From: Prorocentrum cordatum
Taxonomy: Eukaryota
Assembly: GCA_963575745.1 (NCBI GenBank)
Contig: CAUYUJ010000314.1
Coordinates: forward strand, 310,001 to 374,000
Length of the DNA stretch: 64,000 nucleotides
Direction: 5' to 3'
A model generated the notes under the pieces. The model ran no database searches and had not been told where the DNA came from. It saw only the letters and a program-made list of their open reading frames with translations. A program made the position numbers and the translations under genes. Positions 48,001 through 59,921 of this stretch are shown here, piece by piece (the first letter of the stretch is position 1; each line of letters begins with the position of its first letter).

Positions 48001-51000
48001 TTCGGGAGGACCGCAACGCCCAAACAGCCATCGGCACTGCTTTCCCTGGACTCAGGCAGGTTGCGGGCGAGCACATGAAGAGTGGGGCTCTCGAGCTCAC
48101 CACCATCGACTCCAGCCAGGGTGGTGAGGCGGACATCGTAATCGTACTGACTACGAGGAGCAACGGGAGTCACAATTGGGGCTTTGTCGACGACGCCAAA
48201 CGCCTGAACGTGGCAATCACTAGGGCCAAGCGGAACATCCTGATGTTGGGAGACGGGCGCATGTTCGCCAATGCCACCTGGTCCCAGCTGCGCGTGCTCT
48301 CTGAGTGCGGGCGCTTGACCCGCCTCCGGGTTCGATTCGGGGGCAGCGCCCCCGCTGGCCACAGGAGATCCCTGGTCATCGACGAGAGCTTTGACCCGCT
48401 GCCCGCCCTCGCCACCTGGGTACCGTCCCCTGTTGCCTGGAGCTGCGATGCAAAGGGGGAGAGCGGGCGAAACGAGCTAGATGCGGCCAAAAAGAAAAAA
48501 GCACGCGACGCCCAGGCGAGCGGTTTCGCCGAGCGCTACAACACTCCCCTGGATGAGGACTTCGACTGGGACTCCCTGGGTAAGCTCATCTCGGCCGGTC
48601 TCAACGAGATCCTCTCGACGCCTGCCTTCCACGTGCTCATCTATCTGGTGGCGGGACTACACCCGCACGAGTTCTCGCTGGCGGAAACACCGCGACAACC
48701 GGGCAAACTCGACCGCAAGGCTTGGTCGAACCTGGGCTTCCTGTTCGACATGTCCCTGGGACTAGACGCGACCAATCTAGTCTACAACATGCTCTGGGCT
48801 GCCATTGCGTGGGCGCTCGGCCTTGGCACTCCCTGGCATGACGCGAACTACGCAATCCACGACGACTCCCTTCCACCGGTGCCGCGCGTCAAAGGAAGGC
48901 GTGTAACACTCTGTGGGCGGCGCCAGTGCACCCCCAAGGGGCTCTTCCGACAGGTCCCCCAGGCGTGGAGCGCAGCAACCAAGGATTGCTGCAGGCACAG
49001 GAAGCACCCTGGAATGGCTGGCCTACAGGAGATCCTCCGTGGCGCTTTCGACGACCCTAAGCGGGACCAGATCCGTAAGGAGATTATAGACACCGACGGC
49101 CTCCCCATGGAATCCTGCAAGGCCCGGTCGCTCTTGGTCGTCATGATGCTAATGCTTCGCGAGCCACGCGTGTTCCTGTGGCCTTTCTCTCACGCAGAGC
49201 AGACCGGGGATGTCATCGAAGCCATCCTGGGTTTCTGCGTCCCCTGGCAAGAAGCGCTCCGAGGGTTCCGGCACAACTTTGCACGAACCTGGGGACTCAC
49301 GCTAGACGACCTAGCCGACCTCCGCGGTCGCATCGAGGCAATCCTGCCCCACATCTCCAAGCTCGTAGCGGTGGCGCACCACCGCCCGGAGGCGCGGGCA
49401 GCCGGCTGCCCGCAGACCTGGAGTGAAATGGACAGGCAGGACTTTCAGTTGAAGGCGCTGATGCTCGTCCTCGAGAAGATCGTCCCAGCCGCCTCCCTGG
49501 CTCCCCTGGGTACACACCGCTGCTCGGTGTGCGCGCTTCACGTCGCGCTTGCGGGTTCCGACGCCTCCCTGGGTGACGACGACCGGCTTGCCGGGCTCGC
49601 TTACATCGGCGGCGGATTCGCATTATCCAACACCGACCTCAACGCCCCCTTGCCGCCCACCCCAGCCCCAGGCACCAGGCAGGACCCTCCGCGCATTCCC
49701 GACGACAGGCTGACACCCGAGCAGAAAATTTGCAGGTTCAAGTGCGACAGCTGCGGTAAGGACCAGCTACGCTCCACCGATGGCACGTGTATCTCCGACG
49801 ACGCGCGCCTGATGGTAGCACAGAACACGCCCCAGGCCTACCTCAACGGTGCGAACATGGGATGGCACTGCGAGACCTGCTGGATCCGATACCTGGAGGA
49901 ACAGGGCATTCCAGCACCAACCGGCGCAACAATCGCCGACAAGGTCAAGGAGCACGAGCAACAGAGGACGGGTGCCGCAAGCGACGAAAAGGCGGACGCT
50001 CTCCCCTCCCTGGGTCACCTCCCACTTGGCTATGGATGCAGCCCCCAGGCGGACACGAGTTCGCTGTCGGATCTCATCATGACGCCGACCGGCATGCAGA
50101 TCCCTGAGCGCGCCAACACCACCATTCCCATCCTATGGATCAGAGACGAACGGTTCGGCCTCAAAGCTGCGCAGAGCAAAATCTACTCCGCTCGGTGCGA
50201 CACATGCCCCCCAGGGGCTCCGCTCCTCGTCTGGAGCACAGGAGCTCCTCCCCTGGGCTGCCTCATTTGGAAGCCAGCGGAGGGGGTAGGGGTTCCCGAG
50301 CAGGCCGGACTGCCTCCCATCGAGAGGCGAGCCATAGCGGGCCATAGCCTGGTGGGGGCGCAGCTGGAACGCCACCTGGTGCTGCCGACGCTGCCTGGTC
50401 CCCGTATGGAATATCGGTCTTGCTACCCTGGACCACATCCTTGATAGGGACTTCAGAGCGCTGTGCCCAGCCGAGGCCCCTGTCCTCCCGACGCTCAACA
50501 GCCAGATAGGAGCTGAGGTGCCAGTGGACATATTCAGCTCTCTCCCATGGTTAGGCGCTGACGCCAAGGCCCAAGATCGCTTCGCCAAGGCCGGAGCGGC
50601 AAACCTCCCTGGGTCTAGCGCCACGGGTGGTGCGGCCTCCGCTGCCGAGCGAGCCCCCGGGTCGCTAGCACAGCTCATGGAGCTCCTGCCAGAGCTGCCA
50701 GTCCCGCAGGGCCCGCTCCTGGACAGCAGGGATGTCAACAACCCCACGCTGAGCCCAGACGACCCCAGGAGCGGACCGGGCAGCGGAGACGTGTCCGTGC
50801 AGCGACTCCTGGTAACCTACCTCCGGGGCTTCCACCCTGGGCTGGACTACACCTGGCGACAGTTCTGTCTCACTAACCGCGACAGCAGCATCCCAGAGCC
50901 TAGGAGCGACGAAGCCTCCTGGCCGGGCGGACGTCTGACGGAGTTCCTCAGGACGGCGTACGGCGAATGCATCCCCTAGGATTGTGTCCCGCTCAACCAG

Positions 51001-52251
51001 CCCTGGGAAGGCAAACGGCTGGCCGCTGCGCGGGTCGTCTCCCGCCTCACCAACGGCGAGAAGCTTAGGGAGTCCTGGGAGAAGCACGCCTCGATCCTCG
51101 CCCCGGCGAGTGGCCTCAGCCCTGTCAGACATGAAATGGGCACACTGACGAGTTTCCTACTCAGCCTCAGCGCCGACGCCCTGGCCTCGACGACCATCAC
51201 TTCCCTGGCCGAGTCGCACGTGCAGACCATGAGTGAGGACAGACCTAACACCCCTACGGCGGCCGACGCAGACAAACCCTTGGGTACGAGAGACGACGAC
51301 TCGCGTCTGGGTAATTCGGACCTGCCCGACCACGCTGCCAAGGACGAGAGCGGTGAAGACGAGATCCCTCCTACGGAAAAGGTGGAGTCACCCGACTTTG
51401 GAAACCCCCACGAGTCTCCTCCTCCTGTATCATGTTCGGGCTCTGCCACGGAGGTCGACGACGACGGCCCTGGCGACGAGGCGCCTCAGCGGAGCCCATC
51501 GGCAGACAGCTCGGAACCCAGCTCTGCCCGCGACCCGATTGCTGCCTGGGGTGGCCCTGCCAGCGCCGACCAAATTGCCAGTGAAGCCAGGGGATCATAT
51601 TACGACGAAGTCGCCCGCGACAGGGGCGACGCGCGGAGTCGTCGTCCCCCACTACGCAACCCACAGGTTCCTGGACATAGGCCTACCTACCCTCGTTCAG
51701 CGGAGCGACATGCACTCAACCTGCTGACCGACTCGCATGGGGGCCCCAAGTACAAGGTCTGGCTGGGCACCGTGGACTTGGAGCGCCGCGGAGAGCCACC
51801 CGCCAAACGCCCCACCAGGCACCAAACGGAGTTGGGTGCAGTATTCTGCGCTCTGTGGACCGCCTACACGCAAGGCATTCGGCTCCCTGGATCCAGGGGG
51901 CCCAAATCAGACCCGAGGCTGCACACGGACGCGACCATCAACGAGTTTTTGGACGACTGGAAGGGCTGCGGATACAACGCCTACTTGATGGACACGAGGT
52001 TCGACTACCGCATCGATTGGACCAAAGTGCGGGCCGAGCACCTGCGTCACACCCGGCCCGACGGCCAGGGCAAGGGCAACCACCAGCAGAGCAGCTGGCG
52101 CGACCGATCGACAAGCTCCTGGGACACCTGGGGCACCTGGCAGAGCGACTGGGGCGACGGCTGGCACGACGACCGTTGGCAGACGGGAGGCAAGCGTGGT
52201 GGAGGCAGACCGGGCGAGCGTGGGGAAAAGAGGCAGCGATGGGGAGACTGA
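45051..52251 (+). pseudogene. Giant, apparently intronless frame (~2,400 codons, about 5 frameshifts and 1 in-frame stop): Upf1/Sen1/MOV10-type SF1 helicase, RNase III-like region, two CxxC..CxxC zinc fingers and a W/G-rich tail
   Basis: Helicase motifs appear in order: LVHGPPGTGKTT, AGSNAAVD, VIDEAGQATE, LVGDPNQLPP, CYRMRPQL..FPN, TIDSSQGGEAD, RLNVAITRAK. Adjacent ORF pieces (45051, 45263, 46953, 47350, 47856, ~50345/50518, 51136) abut and join by frameshift or by the TAG at 50977-50979. Confidence 0.85.
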
Positions 52252-52309
52252 GCTCCCTTCCCACCCATCCCGCCACCTAGGCGGACAGATATTTCAACCT
52301 TAATACACA

Positions 52310-52800
52310 CTTAGAGCGGCCTTCAGCTGCCTCTCGTTCTCTCTCAACCGTGTGGCAGCCTCGCTGCCTCCCTCCCTGGTTCACACACTTCCTGCCTTTG
52401 GGCCCAAGTGTGTCGACCAGCAATGCCATCTGCATCGCAGCGCGGGGGAGCGCAGCGCGCAGACCCTAGTTGGCCCCTGGCCCCGCTGTAATGGTTCTCA
52501 CCTGTGGCCCGAGTGGTCCCGTGCCCGGCTACGCTGCTTCGGGGCCGACCGAGGGCCACTCCCGAGACGCGCTTATAATCCCTGGGTTTCTCTATCAAAC
52601 AGCGGGCCTTCAGCTGCTCCTTCGACGACAGACCCGCCTGGCGGCATCCTGCCGCCCCTCCTGGTACGTGCACTTCCTGCCTTTGGACCCAAGTGTGTGT
52701 GCCAGCAATGCCGTCCGCATTGCAATCGCGTGTTGCGTGTGGCCACCGTGGCCCCTGGCCCCGCTGTAGCTGTTTTCACTTTGCCAGGTTCGGCCTGGCC
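52310..52800. repeat. Diverged ~285-bp tandem duplication just downstream of the helicase frame
   Basis: CACTTCCTGCCTTTGG.CCCAAGTGTGT...CCAGCAATGCC occurs at ~52386 and ~52671. Confidence 0.75.
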
Positions 52801-54194
52801 CGCAGCTATGAGACCGACGACTTGGTGGTTTTCGCCCCGTCATGCTCAGATCTGCGCCTCTACTCCCTGGGCTTCCCAAGTTACTACGACCTTCAGCCGT
52901 GCATCTCTACCTTTCCTGGGAGCGACCCTGGGCTCGGACCCATCGTCCTTGGGTCACGTGGTGTTCAGGCAGTCCTTTGACGTGGGTCGCCCCGCCGTTG
53001 TGGCGGAATGCCCGCCTGGTCCGCTTGCACCGTCCTCTGACTGGGTCGCTGACGTGCTCCCATTGCTGCTTGCCGCGGTTGGCCGTGTTGTGCCACCCTG
53101 TGGACAGTGATGCACTCGGTCTCCTCCTCATCGTCGCTCCCACGCGCAACCTGGTTGTGCGACCACTCACTGGGACTCTGTGACCGTGAAGGACTTGCTG
53201 ACGTGGGTATACGGCAGCGTCGTCCTCTACGAGCGCTCTCCTCTACCTGGCGGTGCGTGGGTTGCGAGGCGCTGGTTGTCACTTAGTCGGTTGGTGCACG
53301 CCCACTTCCGCTTGACCGTGTGTCCCTCGCCAGGTTGGATGCTTGTGTACTTCTGCACTGCGGCACACCATATTTCTGGTCTCCTGCGTGCAGGCGCATC
53401 TCTCAGCAGTTGTTCCGAGGTTGCCCCAGTTGTCTATGACCTCTGGCTCACTCTGTCAGCCGCCGGATGCGTTTTTCTGAAGCTGCGACGGTTCGCTGGC
53501 GCTGTCAGAATTCCCCTCCTTGCTGGACGACGTCAGCTACGCTTTCGGTCTGCTCATACCCGACAGACACCCTGGGCTGACATTTCTTGCACGGAGATTG
53601 GTTCCCACCACCATGCGATTGTCGGTTGTCACGACGCACGACCGCCTGGCCTCTCAGACGCCCTGGGTTGCTGCTTGCACCGCCGCCTGATCCGCCGCCC
53701 CCGCGCGCGCCCGGGTAATTCGTCACGGCCGCAGCCCGACCGTGACCCCTCGCCGCCGGCGCTTCCGCCTGCGGCTGTAAAAAAAGTAAAAAACATATCC
53801 CCACCAGCCCATCCAAAAACGATGCCCAGGCGATTGCGGTGATCGGGGAAGTGAGGGAGCATACAGAGTAGCAAAGGGCTGGGGGACCCGTCTTACCCAA
53901 GAGGGCGAGGATGGAGGAGGAGTCGGAGCAGGATGAGGAGGAGGAGGGGGAGGAGGGGGAGGAGGGGCAGCAGGTGGGAAAAGTGGGAGGAGGGAGGAGG
54001 GAGGAGGGGGAATAGGCGGATGATGAAGAGGAGGGGGAGGAGGAGGAGGATGAGGAGGGGGAGGAAGAGAAGAGGAAAGGAGGAGGAGGAGGATGAGGCT
54101 GATAAAGTGGAGGAGAAGGAGGAGGAGTAGGCCGACAAGGAGGAGGAGGATGATAAAGATGAGAAGGAACAAGAACAATGACGTGCACAAGAGC

Positions 54195-54947
54195 CTCCTA
54201 GGATGTCCCTTGGAAATTGTTTTGGAGTCCTCTTGGAACGCCTGGGGGGTTCTTGGATGCCTCGGGGATCCTCTTGAGGCCTCTTGGGGGTCTAGGGAGC
54301 CTCTTGAGGGCCTTTTGGGGACCTCTTGGGGCCTCCTGGGCGCCTCTTGAGGCCCTCTTGGGGCGCTCTTGGGGCGCTCTTGGGAGCCTTGGGAGCGCTC
54401 TTGGGGCCATCTTGGAGGTGATCGATCAAAGGAAGGGGGTCCCCCAATTAGCGTCCCCCCTCGGGAGCCTCTAAAATCGCCTCTTGGACCCCTCTTGGGA
54501 CGCTCTTGGAGCGCTCTTGGGCGCTCTTAGGGCCGTCTTGGGGCCATCTTGGGCCCCTCTTGGGGCCCTCTTGGGCCCTCTTGGAACCATCTTGAGGCCT
54601 CGAGTGGCCATCGGAAGCGAAAAGGCTCTTGGGGGGCCTCCTTGGGAGGCTACGTGGCCAATTGGAGTCGTCTGGGGGCGGTCTTGGGACCTTTTGGAGC
54701 ATCCTCAGGGCCATCTTGAGGCGTCTTCGGCTGTCTTGAGCCATCTTGGAGGTCATCTTGGGCTCTCCGAGGCCCTCTTGGAGCCATCTTGGGCCATCTT
54801 GGACGCTCCCAACTACCAGCGACCCCCCCCGTCCAGGTCCAGGGGAGGGGGTTAGGGGGAGGGGTAAACCCCTCCCCGAAGGGGAAGAAGGGAAGATGGA
54901 AGAGGAAACTCCCTGAACCACCTACGCCCAGAGGGCTGGTGGGATTG
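54195..54947. repeat. CTCTTGGG-rich dispersed repeat with terminal short hairpins
   Basis: Dense (C)TCTTGG motifs. It ends with the hairpin GGGGAGGGG-TAAA-CCCCTCCCC (~54856-54877) followed by GCCC-AGA-GGGC. Confidence 0.7.
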
Positions 54948-55479
54948 TTCTGGTGATCAAGGCGAAAGCCGGTAGGAACATCATAAGACGAGGGGCTTTT
55001 CGCCAATTTCGGCCTCCGGGGGCCCTCACAGGGTCTCGGCCTCCGTCGAAAAGCGACTCAGGATGAGACACTGGTTCCGGGGAGTGGGTCGAGACTTCTG
55101 GGGGTCGACGTTACGAAGAAGACCGTGGCGTCGGAGGCCTGGGGGGCGGCGGCGGCAGGCGGCACCTGCCGGCGGAGGCCGCCAGTGGCTGGCTGGCGGG
55201 TGGGGCCAGCGATGTTTTGCCACGCTGTCGCCCGTTGCCGCCTCGGTGCCGCCTCGTGCGCTGGGTGGCTCTGGCGAGGCTCCGCCACATTGCCGCCCGC
55301 TGCTGCCTCGCTGCCGCCTTGGCGTGGCGGCCGGCGTGGTGGCCGGCGGCCCGCGGCCGCCCAGCGATGGCACTCCATGCGCACACGTGCGTGTTGGGTG
55401 CAGCTCCCTGCGCGCGTGCGCGCGCAAGCTCAGAGAAGCGGCCCTTCCCGTTCTTGTCCGGCGAGGTTCCCGAGAATGG

Positions 55480-56385
55480 CGATTTCGCTTGAGATATCCT
55501 CGCAAAAATGAGACCTTCGCGATATCGCGCTGAACAATAACAAGCGTCTCGCTAGAGACATCCTCGAAAATCTGATGGCCGCGAAATTCAGCAATCTGTC
55601 CAAACTTGCGTTTCGCCTGAGAACCCCTAGCCGCAATGAGGTGTCGATGGATGTGTATTATTACCTCTTGTTTTGAAAACTAAGTTTTCGCTAGGGACGT
55701 CCTCAGAAAATGAGCGGCAGCACGCCGGACCAGAAAAAAGAGCACGGCAGAACATCTGCATTCCGTTCAAAAAATGAAATGTTCTCATCGTTTTGACTTC
55801 GTTCTTGAAGTGTGCTTCAAGATGAAGAAATGAGAGCCCACAAAGGACTTCAACATGGCTCCAAGAGCGCCCTGATGACTGCCGAATCTGAAGATTTCGC
55901 TAGGGACATCCTCAAACAATGGAAAAACAACAGCAGCTTTTTGAAAACTGCCGTTCGAACATCGTCTTGGGATCGTTCTTGAAAAGGTTTCCAGACGGCC
56001 CAAGGCAGGCTCCTAAAATGACGATTTTGCTAGGGACATCCTCAAACAAGAGATGTGTGTGACATCGCATTGGCATCGTTTTTGATGGCATCGAAACAGC
56101 CCCGAACGAGCCCCAATATGACTCCAAGAGCGCCCTCGAGATTCCTCAAAATGCGCATTTCGCTCGATACATCCTAGAAACATGAGTTGTCCGCAACACC
56201 GTCTTTCACACAAACAAGCATTGCGCTTGAGACATCCACCAAAAAATGAAACCCGCGAATTTAACAAACGTATGGAAATGGGGATATCGCCTGAGACATC
56301 CTCGAACAAATGAGATGTCGAAAAGGCTGTAAGACCATGCGTGTTAAAACCTAGCTTTTCGCCTGAGACGTCTTCAGAAAATGGG
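55480..56385 (-). repeat. Ten spaced copies of TTTCGC(C/T)(T/A)GAGACATCCTC, the reverse complement of the core of the 42.4-44.4 kb tandem repeat
   Basis: Motif starts at ~55483, 55547, 55611, 55686, 55895, 56025, 56158, 56221, 56285 and 56357. Confidence 0.85.
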
Positions 56386-58190
56386 CAGGATCACGGCAGC
56401 CCAGCACGCAGGAGCACGGCAGAACGCGCGAGAGCACGGCAGAGCACACACGAGCATGGCAGAACACACAGGAGCCCGGCAGAACATACAGAACACACGG
56501 GAACACGGCAGAACAAGCAGGAGCACAGCCGAACACACAGGAGCACGGCAGAACCCGGGTCGCGCGCCGCGCCTCCCGCCTCGGGACCGGTGCCGCCGGC
56601 GTCGAAGGCCGCCCGCGCCGCAGCACTGGAGGCTGCCCGCAGGGCGGGGCCGCAGGGCTCTCGGGCGGCGCGGGGAGAGAGAGAGAGAGGCCGCCCGCCG
56701 CTGCCGAGGGCACTGTGTGCGGGCCGCGGTGGCCGTCCCTTCGAGCCCCCCCCCCCGGTTTCCCCTCCCTCGGAGCCGGGGGCCAGCCCGCCCGCCGCGG
56801 CCCCTCGGCAGGCCAGCCACAACTGGGGGAGCTGTGGTCCTTGCCCCCCTGGGGGACCCATCGACTTCGGCACCCCTCTCAGGAGATCGTCGATGATGCG
56901 GTGGGTTCCCCCAAGGGGGTTAGGACCACGGCTCCCCCAGTTATGGCTGGTCGGCTCGGCGGCGGCGGAGGCCCCGTGGTCGTCAGAGGGAGCAGGGGAG
57001 GGGGGAGGCGGAGGAGAAGGATGCTGCCACTGTGTTGCCCGCCTGTGCCGGGCTGGGGGCGATCGCGGACGGCGGCGGCGCGGGTGCCAGAGCTGCGCGC
57101 GCGGGCCGACTCCGTTCCGCGAGCCGGGCCGCCTCCACGGCCGCTGTAGCCTGCCACCCGCGAGGTCCCGCCGATGGGGTCGACGGTGCTGGTCAGCGCG
57201 GGCGTCCTGGCGAGAGCTGCGGCGGAGGCCCTCCGCGACGCAGGGGATGGCTTCGTCGTGATCACCCTGGCGAGCGCGGGCGAGGCTTACAGGGTTTTGT
57301 TGCTCGACCCCCTGGAGGCGCTGGGCTGCAGCGGCGGATCGGCCAAGTCGGGGCGGGGCCCGTCGGCCGACTCGGCGCGAGGCGAGAGCTCCCCGGGGCA
57401 GCAGGCGGCCTGCCGAGTCGACGGGGGCCGGCGGGAGGCAGGGAACTCCCAAGGGGGGAGCGGGCGCTGGCGGCGGCCGCGGGTGGCGGTCGTCTTCGGC
57501 GGGCTCTCGCGCGAGCACCTCTGAGGCACGGCCTCCCCTGCCCCAGGCGGTGGGGATTGTCGTTCGTGGTCTGGGCTCTCCGCCCCTCGAGCTGCCGACG
57601 CACACGGGCACGAGGAGCGCGGCAGAGCGCGCAGAATGCGTATGGGGGCACGGCAGAAGACGTGGGAGCGCGGCAGAGCGCGCAGGTGCACGGCAGAAGA
57701 CGCAGAGCACACAGGAGCGCGGCCGAACAATCCAGGAGCACGGCCGACCGCACAGGAACACGGCAGGACGCAGGAGCAGGAGGAGCACGGCAGAGCGCGG
57801 CAGGACAAGCAGGAGCGCGGCAGGACGCGCAGGAGCATGGCAAAACTCACAGCATCACGGCAGAACGCAAAGGTGCAATGCAGAATCGACGGCAGAACAC
57901 GCAGGAGCATTGCAGAACACGCAGGATCACGGGGGGCACGGCAGGACACACAGAGTACATCGGAGCACGGCAGAACACGCAAGAGCATGGCAGAACGCGC
58001 AGGAGCGCGGCAGATCACGCAAAACACATAGGAGCATGGCAGAACAGGCAGCGGCGCGGCGGAACACAGAGGGGCACGGCAGAACGCATAGGAGCACGGC
58101 GGAGCAGGACCATGGCAGAATACACAGAAGCACGACAGAACGCACAGGAGCACGTCAGAAAACGCAGGAGCACGGTGGAACGCGCAGAAC
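56386..58190. repeat. ~20-bp satellite (CACGGCAGAACACGCAGGAG) split by a ~1-kb GC-rich insert (56555-57600)
   Basis: The same unit occurs at 56386-56555 and 57600-58190. Confidence 0.85.
56811..56952. repeat. Inverted repeat with ~50-bp arms (hairpin)
   Basis: CCAGCCACAACTGGGGGAGCTGTGGTCC pairs with GGACCACGGCTCCCCCAGTTATGGCTGG. Confidence 0.8.
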
Positions 58191-59304
58191 ATCTATTCAC
58201 ACAGCCGCGCCCACAGGCACACGCGCATAGGCACACAGGCACACGCACACGCACACGCACACGCACTCGCACACGCACGCGCACACGCAGACACATACAC
58301 GCACGCACGCACACGCACACACAGAGAGGCAACGTACGTTCGCGCAGACCGCAGGAGTAGATCAACGCGGCATAACACAACAGTGCCGCAGACCACCACG
58401 CAGGGACACGCATGCGCATATTCCACGCGCGCACGCGCACGCGCGAACGCACGCGCGCCACGACATACCTGCGCGGCAGACCGACACAAGAGCATACTTC
58501 ACACGCCTGGTGGACACAAGCGGCGCTTCCCGTTCTTGTCCAGTCAGGTTGTTTTTCACAGCGCCGACCCCCAGGAGGTCTGAACCCCCCTCCCCGGGAC
58601 CAGTTTTTCATCCCAAGTTGCTTGTGGATGGCCCCGAGGCCCAGCGAGGGCTCCCAGAGGCTGAAAGCGGGTACAGACCTTCGCCGTGGTTGTTCCACGA
58701 GGAGTAGGTTCGGGTCCACCGCTGCAGTGGTAGTGGCCCTCCTCTCGGGGGCCCCCAAGCGGTGTGGTGACCACGCCGCGTGGTGAGTCAGTGGAGATTC
58801 GGAGTCACCGCGCGGTTTTGGGACCCGCGTCCTTCTCCGAGGACGTCTCGGGCGACTGGGGCCTCCAGGGTCCTGCAACGCGCGGTGCTGGAACGCGCGG
58901 CGAGGCCGCTTGGGACCCCGAGGTCGCCACGCGGTCGGTCACCACGCGGCTCTGCGGGCCCGAACTCTCGTCCCTGTCGCGCTCTGGGGCCCGAGGCGTG
59001 TTGGCCGTCCCTTCGGAACAGGGGGGGGGGGGGCGCCCGCTGGGCACCGGGGGCGCCCGCAGCGTGGGGTGGCTGCAGGGTATGGGAGGCTGGCCCCCGG
59101 GGGAGGAAGCGTCGACCCCCCCAGTCGGCCACTCCTCGTGTGTGTGCGTGCCCCACCTCCCCGCGGCCGCTTTCGCCTGCCTTGCCCTCTTCCTGCCGCC
59201 GGTGCATGTGCGCTGTCCGTTGCCCCCGGACCGCTTGGGCGCGCGTGCGACTTGCCTCCGCCGCGCTGCGACGTAAAAAGTAAGTGTGTGTGTGTGCGTG
59301 TGTG

Positions 59305-59344
<40 letters not shown>

Positions 59345-59627
59345 TGTGTGTGTGTGTGTGTGTGTGTGCGCGCCCTGCTGTCTGGATTTGTTTGGCTTAG
59401 CGTGCCGGGCCGCCGGTTCTGGCCCACCACGCCTCGGCGAGACGCGCCATCTGTTTGTCCGTTTCCAAGCGTCAGCGTTCCCCCATTGTGGCCCCCCGCC
59501 GTCGTGACTCCCCCTGGCCTCCATCGTACTTGTGTAGAGCTGCGCGGGGTCTTCTGCCCCGGGTGTGCCACGGCTCCCCGTATGGTATGCCTTGCGATGG
59601 GCTCGACCGAAAGGCTTGACACAAGCA

Positions 59628-59921
59628 GCGGCACCCCAGCAAGCGGGCGCCAGACGGGCGGCCACGTGATACCTGGAAGCACGCGGAAGCAGCACGGCGA
59701 CGGCGGACCGAGAACGGGCCGGCGGGCCACGGACCGATCCTGGACGCGAGGACGTAGCAGAAACGGCACCCCAGAAAACAGGCGGCACCCCAGCAAGCGG
59801 GCGCCAGACGGGCGGCCATGTGATACCTGGAAGCACGCTGAAGCAACACGACGACGGTGGACAGAGAACGGGCCGGCGGGCCACGGACCGATCCTGGACG
59901 CGAAGACGCCGCAGAAACGGC
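59628..59921. repeat. 154-bp near-identical tandem duplication
   Basis: GCGGCACCCCAGCAAGCGGGCGCCAGACGGGCGGCCA... occurs at 59628 and 59782. Confidence 0.9.

Noticed and set aside
46770..48260. Assigning the symbol UPF1, or calling a Helitron
   Set aside because: There is no N-terminal Upf1 CH zinc domain. Helitron helicases are PIF1-type and need an HUH Rep domain, which was not seen.
55480..56385. CRISPR array
   Set aside because: Repeats are degenerate and irregularly spaced, spacers of the first and last blocks resemble each other, there are no cas genes, and the context is eukaryotic.
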